Shown here in pieces: positions 61,255 through 64,000 of a DNA stretch of 64,000 bases. The stretch spans positions 1,568,001 to 1,632,000 of the forward strand of contig CBDBKE010000004.1 of assembly GCA_965206645.1 (NCBI GenBank), given 5' to 3'. The DNA is from Terriglobia bacterium (GTDB lineage Bacteria > Acidobacteriota > Terriglobia > JAJPHL01 > JAPKYU01). Position 1 is the stretch's first letter; every line of letters starts with the position of its first letter. Below the pieces are notes generated by a model that did not search any database, had not been told where the DNA came from, and saw only the letters and a program-made list of their open reading frames with translations. The position numbers and the translations under genes are program-made.

Positions 61255-61962
61255 TCAGCCCCCCAAAGTGTCCAGTGTTTCCGGCAGGGGCTTCTGCAAG
61301 CAGGTGAAGATGGGAGTGTCGCGCAGAGTGTAACGGCTGGCCTCGGTTTCCCGCAGATCCATGACCACGTCCAGGAAATCGCCCGGCTTGTCGGTCTCAA
61401 AGGCCACCACAAATTCCTGGTCGTCCAGGCCGAACGAGTAGGTGGTGTTCAGCTTGACCGAGGGGTACTTGTGCCCCACCGTGATATGTTCGTTCATCAT
61501 CCCCTGCCGCGCCGTCATCGACATCCGGTACCAGTCGCGCGTCTTCACGAAGGGGTAGACGAACAGGTACTTGTGCTGGCCGGGCAGGATTTGCCCGCGC
61601 GAGTCCACTTGGCCGGGGTGCTCGTGCCCCAGAAGATAGGTGGAGCGCTTGGTCATCGCCAGGAAGGAATATGCCGTTGAAAGATAGTGCCCCAGGCCGG
61701 TGGCCCGAAGACAGGAGTTCAGTTCCTGCAGCTCTTCCAGGCTGTAGCAGATGAGCCACAGCATCATGTCACAGTCGGCGCGGGTTCCGACCGTCGTGTA
61801 GGAGAGCGCCTTGAAGCGGTCCTCCTGGGCATGGCTCTCCACCGCTCGGCAGAACTCTTCCTTACCTCGTTCCCGTTCCTCCTTGGGGAGCCGCCGCCAG
61901 AGGGGATCCACTTTGTAGAATACGAAACTGACAAACTGCCGCTTCTGCTCGGATTCAGGCAT
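61255..61962 (-). CDS. Chlorite dismutase-like family protein, probably coproheme decarboxylase
   Basis: YPFVKTRDWY, MMNEH and YSFGLDDQEFVV motifs. Confidence 0.85.
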   Translation of the reverse strand: MPESEQKRQFVSFVFYKVDPLWRRLPKEERERGKEEFCRAVESHAQEDRFKALSYTTVGTRADCDMMLWLICYSLEELQELNSCLRATGLGHYLSTAYSFLAMTKRSTYLLGHEHPGQVDSRGQILPGQHKYLFVYPFVKTRDWYRMSMTARQGMMNEHITVGHKYPSVKLNTTYSFGLDDQEFVVAFETDKPGDFLDVVMDLRETEASRYTLRDTPIFTCLQKPLPETLDTLGG

Positions 61963-62039
61963 GGGGAAATAATAACATTGCCGGAGGCCAGTAGCGCAGG
62001 TGAGAACGCAGAAGCTTCTTCCCTGCGAAATTGGCCCTC

Positions 62040-62660
62040 CTAAGTGATTTGCTGCTGCGAGAGCCAGCCCAGCATGGCGCGAAACGCGCGGCCGCGGTGG
62101 CTGTAGCGCAATTTCTCTTCGGGCGACAGTTCGGCGAAGGTACGGCCTAATTCAGGGAGCATGAACAGCGGGTCGTATCCAAAGCCGCCACTGCCGCGAG
62201 GGACATCGGCTACGACGCCTTCTACCTGGCCTTCAAAGCTGCCTAGGACCCGGCCTTCCCGGGCCAGTGCCAGGGAGCAGCGAAAGCGCGCTCGTCTCTG
62301 TGCCGCGGGCAGCGGACCTAGTTCCCTCAGCAGCTTTTCGTTGTTGCGGGCGTCAGCGTCTGGGGCAGCGGACTTGGCCGCCCCGGAGTAGCGGGCCGAA
62401 AGCACTCCAGGCGCGCCCCTCAGCGCTTCCACTTCCAGGCCCGAATCGTCGGCAAAGACCAGACCGGAACACTCGTGGCTGTAATGCACCGCTTTCTTGC
62501 GGGCGTTCTGGACAAAGGTAGCTCCGTCTTCGAGGCAGTCGGGCAGCGAAGCCAGGCCGGGGAGTGGCTTGACCAGAGGGGCAACGCATTCTTGCCGGGC
62601 GGCAGCCTGGAATTCAGCCAGCTTTGCGGGATTGGAGGTGGCCGCGAAGAGCGTCAGCAC
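62040..62660 (-). CDS. rdgB: dITP/XTP pyrophosphatase
   Basis: ATSNPAK, ADDSGLEV, GFGYDPLF and SHR motifs. Confidence 0.93.
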   Translation of the reverse strand: MLTLFAATSNPAKLAEFQAAARQECVAPLVKPLPGLASLPDCLEDGATFVQNARKKAVHYSHECSGLVFADDSGLEVEALRGAPGVLSARYSGAAKSAAPDADARNNEKLLRELGPLPAAQRRARFRCSLALAREGRVLGSFEGQVEGVVADVPRGSGGFGYDPLFMLPELGRTFAELSPEEKLRYSHRGRAFRAMLGWLSQQQIT

Positions 62661-62678
62661 AGCCGTGTCCCGGGAGGC

Positions 62679-63413
62679 TCAACGGCGTACGGCAGCCCGC
62701 AGTGGTGCCGCTGCTTTCTGCTGCTTCATCAGGGTTTCTACGCCTTGGCGCCCCAGAGCCAGCAGTTGTTGTAGTTGGGACTCGTCGAAGGGCTGTTGTT
62801 CGGCAGTGGCCTGCACTTCGACCAGGCGTCCGGCGCCGGTGAGCACCAGGTTCATGTCGACCTCAGCGTGCGAGTCTTCCTCGTAGTTCAGGTCCAGCAT
62901 CGGGGTGCCATCCACAATTCCCACGCTGACGGCCGCCACGTAGTCGGTAAGTGGAGAAGAAGGCAGGTCACCCTGCTGCACGAGTTGCTCGAAGGCCAGA
63001 GCCAAAGCCACGCAGGCGCCTGTGATGGAGGCGGTTCGGGTGCCGCCATCGGCCTGAATCACATCGCAGTCCAGCCACACGGTGCGCTCGCCAAACGCTG
63101 CCAGATTGGTGACCGCGCGCAGCGAGCGCCCAATGAGCCGCTGGATTTCCTGCGTCCGGCCGGAGAGGCGGCCGCGCGAGGCTTCGCGTGGAGTGCGGGT
63201 GAGAGTGGCGCGTGGCAGCATCCCGTATTCGCCGGTTACCCAGCCCTTTCCGCTGCCACGCAGGAAGTGCGGGACACCCGCGTCCAGCGTCGCAGTGCAG
63301 ATCACGCGGGTGCCGCCGACTTCGATCAACGCTGACCCTTCCGCTGTGCGGATGAAGTTGGGGACAATGCCCACGGGTCGCATTTGATCGTGTTGGCGTC
63401 CGTCAGTTCGCAT
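62679..63413 (-). CDS. rph: Ribonuclease PH
   Basis: [11 protein letters not shown] and [12 protein letters not shown] motifs. Confidence 0.97.
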   Translation of the reverse strand: MRTDGRQHDQMRPVGIVPNFIRTAEGSALIEVGGTRVICTATLDAGVPHFLRGSGKGWVTGEYGMLPRATLTRTPREASRGRLSGRTQEIQRLIGRSLRAVTNLAAFGERTVWLDCDVIQADGGTRTASITGACVALALAFEQLVQQGDLPSSPLTDYVAAVSVGIVDGTPMLDLNYEEDSHAEVDMNLVLTGAGRLVEVQATAEQQPFDESQLQQLLALGRQGVETLMKQQKAAAPLRAAVRR

Positions 63414-63643
63414 AGTTTGTCACGAGCCTTCCGAGGGCGCTATTACAGGACGGCAGGCTGGCGCTCGCCGCTATCTGCGGCTTGGCCCCGGCCGGCCGCG
63501 CAACCATCCAACCGAGGGCCTCCACGCCAACCGCGGGCGCGCGCGGCGCCATCGAATCCATCATGTAGGACCTCATGTAGGAAATGATAGCGCGAAGCCG
63601 CCAGGACGCAACCCACCTATCTTGGCTGCTACCAGCTTGGCTG

Positions 63644-64000
63644 CTACCAGGTGCTATAGGGGGTTCCTTCCAGCGAGGCGCGTTCGGAGCTGCTGCGGAC
63701 GTCCACGATGCCGGGCTCGGTCTGGTCCACAGCCATGAGCGTGTCCTCCATCTCCTCCTGCCAGGTTGTGTTGCTGCCGGTGAATGGGTCGCGCGGAATC
63801 ACGCGCAAATAGCCTCCCGACACCAGGTCCTCCAGCGACTGCGGTGCTTTCTGCTTGTCCAAGGTGTATTCGTCAATCAGTTGCCGCATCGTAAACAGGT
63901 TGTCACGCAGCACCGCTTCCTTGGCACGAATGATCGAATTGCGGTAGATCGGTGCCGCCACCGAGATCAGGATCAGGATAATCGAGACAACGACAATCAG
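63644..64000 (-). CDS. Type II secretion pseudopilin-like protein (N-terminus outside the window)
   Basis: Hydrophobic LIVVVSIILILISVAAP, then KEAVLR...YLRVIPRDPF. Confidence 0.8.
   Translation of the reverse strand: MIVVVSIILILISVAAPIYRNSIIRAKEAVLRDNLFTMRQLIDEYTLDKQKAPQSLEDLVSGGYLRVIPRDPFTGSNTTWQEEMEDTLMAVDQTEPGIVDVRSSSERASLEGTPYSTW

Overview
This is a GC-rich bacterial chromosome window. Its gene content and order are typical of Acidobacteriota (inferred from phoH-ybeY-hlyC-era, psd-pssA-asd-like-lptE-holA, nuo genes followed by F0 atp genes, and a TIGR03437-like surface protein). Housekeeping blocks at 1-28.6 kb and 47.3-64 kb flank a ~18.5 kb accessory region around tRNA-Asn(GTT). That region contains: (i) a 3.45 kb IS1-family cargo transposon with perfect 17-bp IRs and an 8-bp TSD, carrying a HigB / HigA-Zn-peptidase / unknown-gene operon and a small conserved ORF at its far end; (ii) a decayed DUF2924-serine recombinase module; (iii) nested IS3, IS1182 and IS1380 elements around gdhA, including a 60-bp IS1182-derived insertion at a perfect palindrome in one IS3 copy; (iv) a 23-bp tandem array. 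Outside it, the notable features are a candidate sigma54/IHF-driven GGA-rich small RNA, a probable CTG start for hemL, a Cys-less Asd paralog, an amber-interrupted AAA ATPase and a complex I operon lacking nuoA/B/E/F/G/I. All family calls come from motif recognition by eye; no searches were run.
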